64,000 nucleotides of DNA. Source: Squalus acanthias (taxonomy: Eukaryota). The notes beneath the pieces were generated by a model. The model had not been told where the DNA came from, ran no database searches, and saw nothing but the letters and a program-made list of their open reading frames with translations. The DNA is taken from the NCBI GenBank assembly GCA_030390025.1, contig CM059432.1, forward strand, positions 48,610,001-48,674,000, written 5' to 3'. Position 1 is the first letter of the stretch, and each line of letters begins with the position of its first letter. The position numbers were made by a program, and so were the translations under genes. Below are positions 63,168 through 64,000 of this stretch, piece after piece.

Positions 63168-64000
63168 AACCTATAAGTAGTTCATGATCCCCTTAAGTAG
63201 CGCTACTTGGGGGGGCGGGGGGGGGGGGGGGTTCTTCATGCCGTTGAACGTATGTTCAGCTGTGCGAGGTTAAGAGATGGCATCGGCTGGAGTGTGGTGT
63301 TCTAAAATGGCAGCACTGGCGTCAAATCAGTGTTGCACACTGATTGACATCATAATCTAACTGCTCTGCGTGCTGTTGGCAGTCGTTAGGTGTGTGGGCA
63401 CAAACTACTGTACCAAGATGGCGTCTGGCATACTACCCGTCAGAAGTGTGCATGCGCATCTAGGCCCCGATGTATGACCTTTAGGAGGCTGATTAGTGTC
63501 TAATACTTGGGTGCTACAGAGCCCAATTTAGCCCCCAATCTCTGCTGATGATAGTTCAGCTCTGTCATGGTGTTTGGCTCACAAACTCCTTCAAGCCAGT
63601 TGCTACAAAGGAATCAGCATTCCTGGCTTTAAATCAGTAGGAATAGCTAAACCAAAAGAAAATTAAAGTCATTCAGAATTCTTTTCAACTGATTTCAAAG
63701 AGGAATGACGATACAGTTATGCAGTTGTGGACGGTTCTTTCATCTCCTGGCGTCCAGAACTTTCCAGCAGGAATCAGCACCTAGTGATCAGGAACAGGAA
63801 ATCTTGTTGACTTTTCCCCTCCCTAACCAGGGGACACCAAGGTCAATTATTTTGGCCCTATTGCCAACCTGTTTAAGATCCGCTGACCCAGCACAGACCA
63901 GACCTGCTCTATTTAGTTCAATATTACACCTTATGGAGCATTTATACACGGAGCCATCAGGCAATCTTTTATTATTGTCTCTATGCTTAGCAGCTGCTAT

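Larger units (their letters stand above)
59117..63536. mobile_element. Harbinger transposon 5 (family D)
   Basis: Myb remnant on + from ~59330 (RTWMQCRKKFNGLTRVV); transposase on -; right terminus CCCAATTTAGCCCCC; possible TSD AAT; left terminus imperfect. Confidence 0.82.

Overview
Eukaryotic, repeat-dominated genomic DNA. The repeat repertoire suggests a cartilaginous fish such as a shark, but this is inference. No intact host gene is visible. Contents: (i) five decayed two-gene PIF/Harbinger DNA transposons (a HARBI1-like DDE transposase convergent with an intron-containing Myb/SANT-like gene), plus internally deleted copies and MITEs, many with readable 3-bp TSDs; (ii) many CR1 LINE fragments, often nested; (iii) a ~3.2 kb single-ORF APE-RT LINE fused to a tRNA-derived SINE head; (iv) short Penelope-like repeats carrying minimal hammerhead-ribozyme motifs, often as inverted hairpins; (v) the first coding exon of an SLC7 light-chain amino-acid transporter pseudogene, split by a Harbinger insertion. 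The most striking observation is that three different Harbinger-type elements have inserted at exactly the same trinucleotide, the predicted NUH cleavage triplet of the hammerhead motif, in three separate copies of the same repeat. Coordinates were read by eye; ends without TSDs are approximate.
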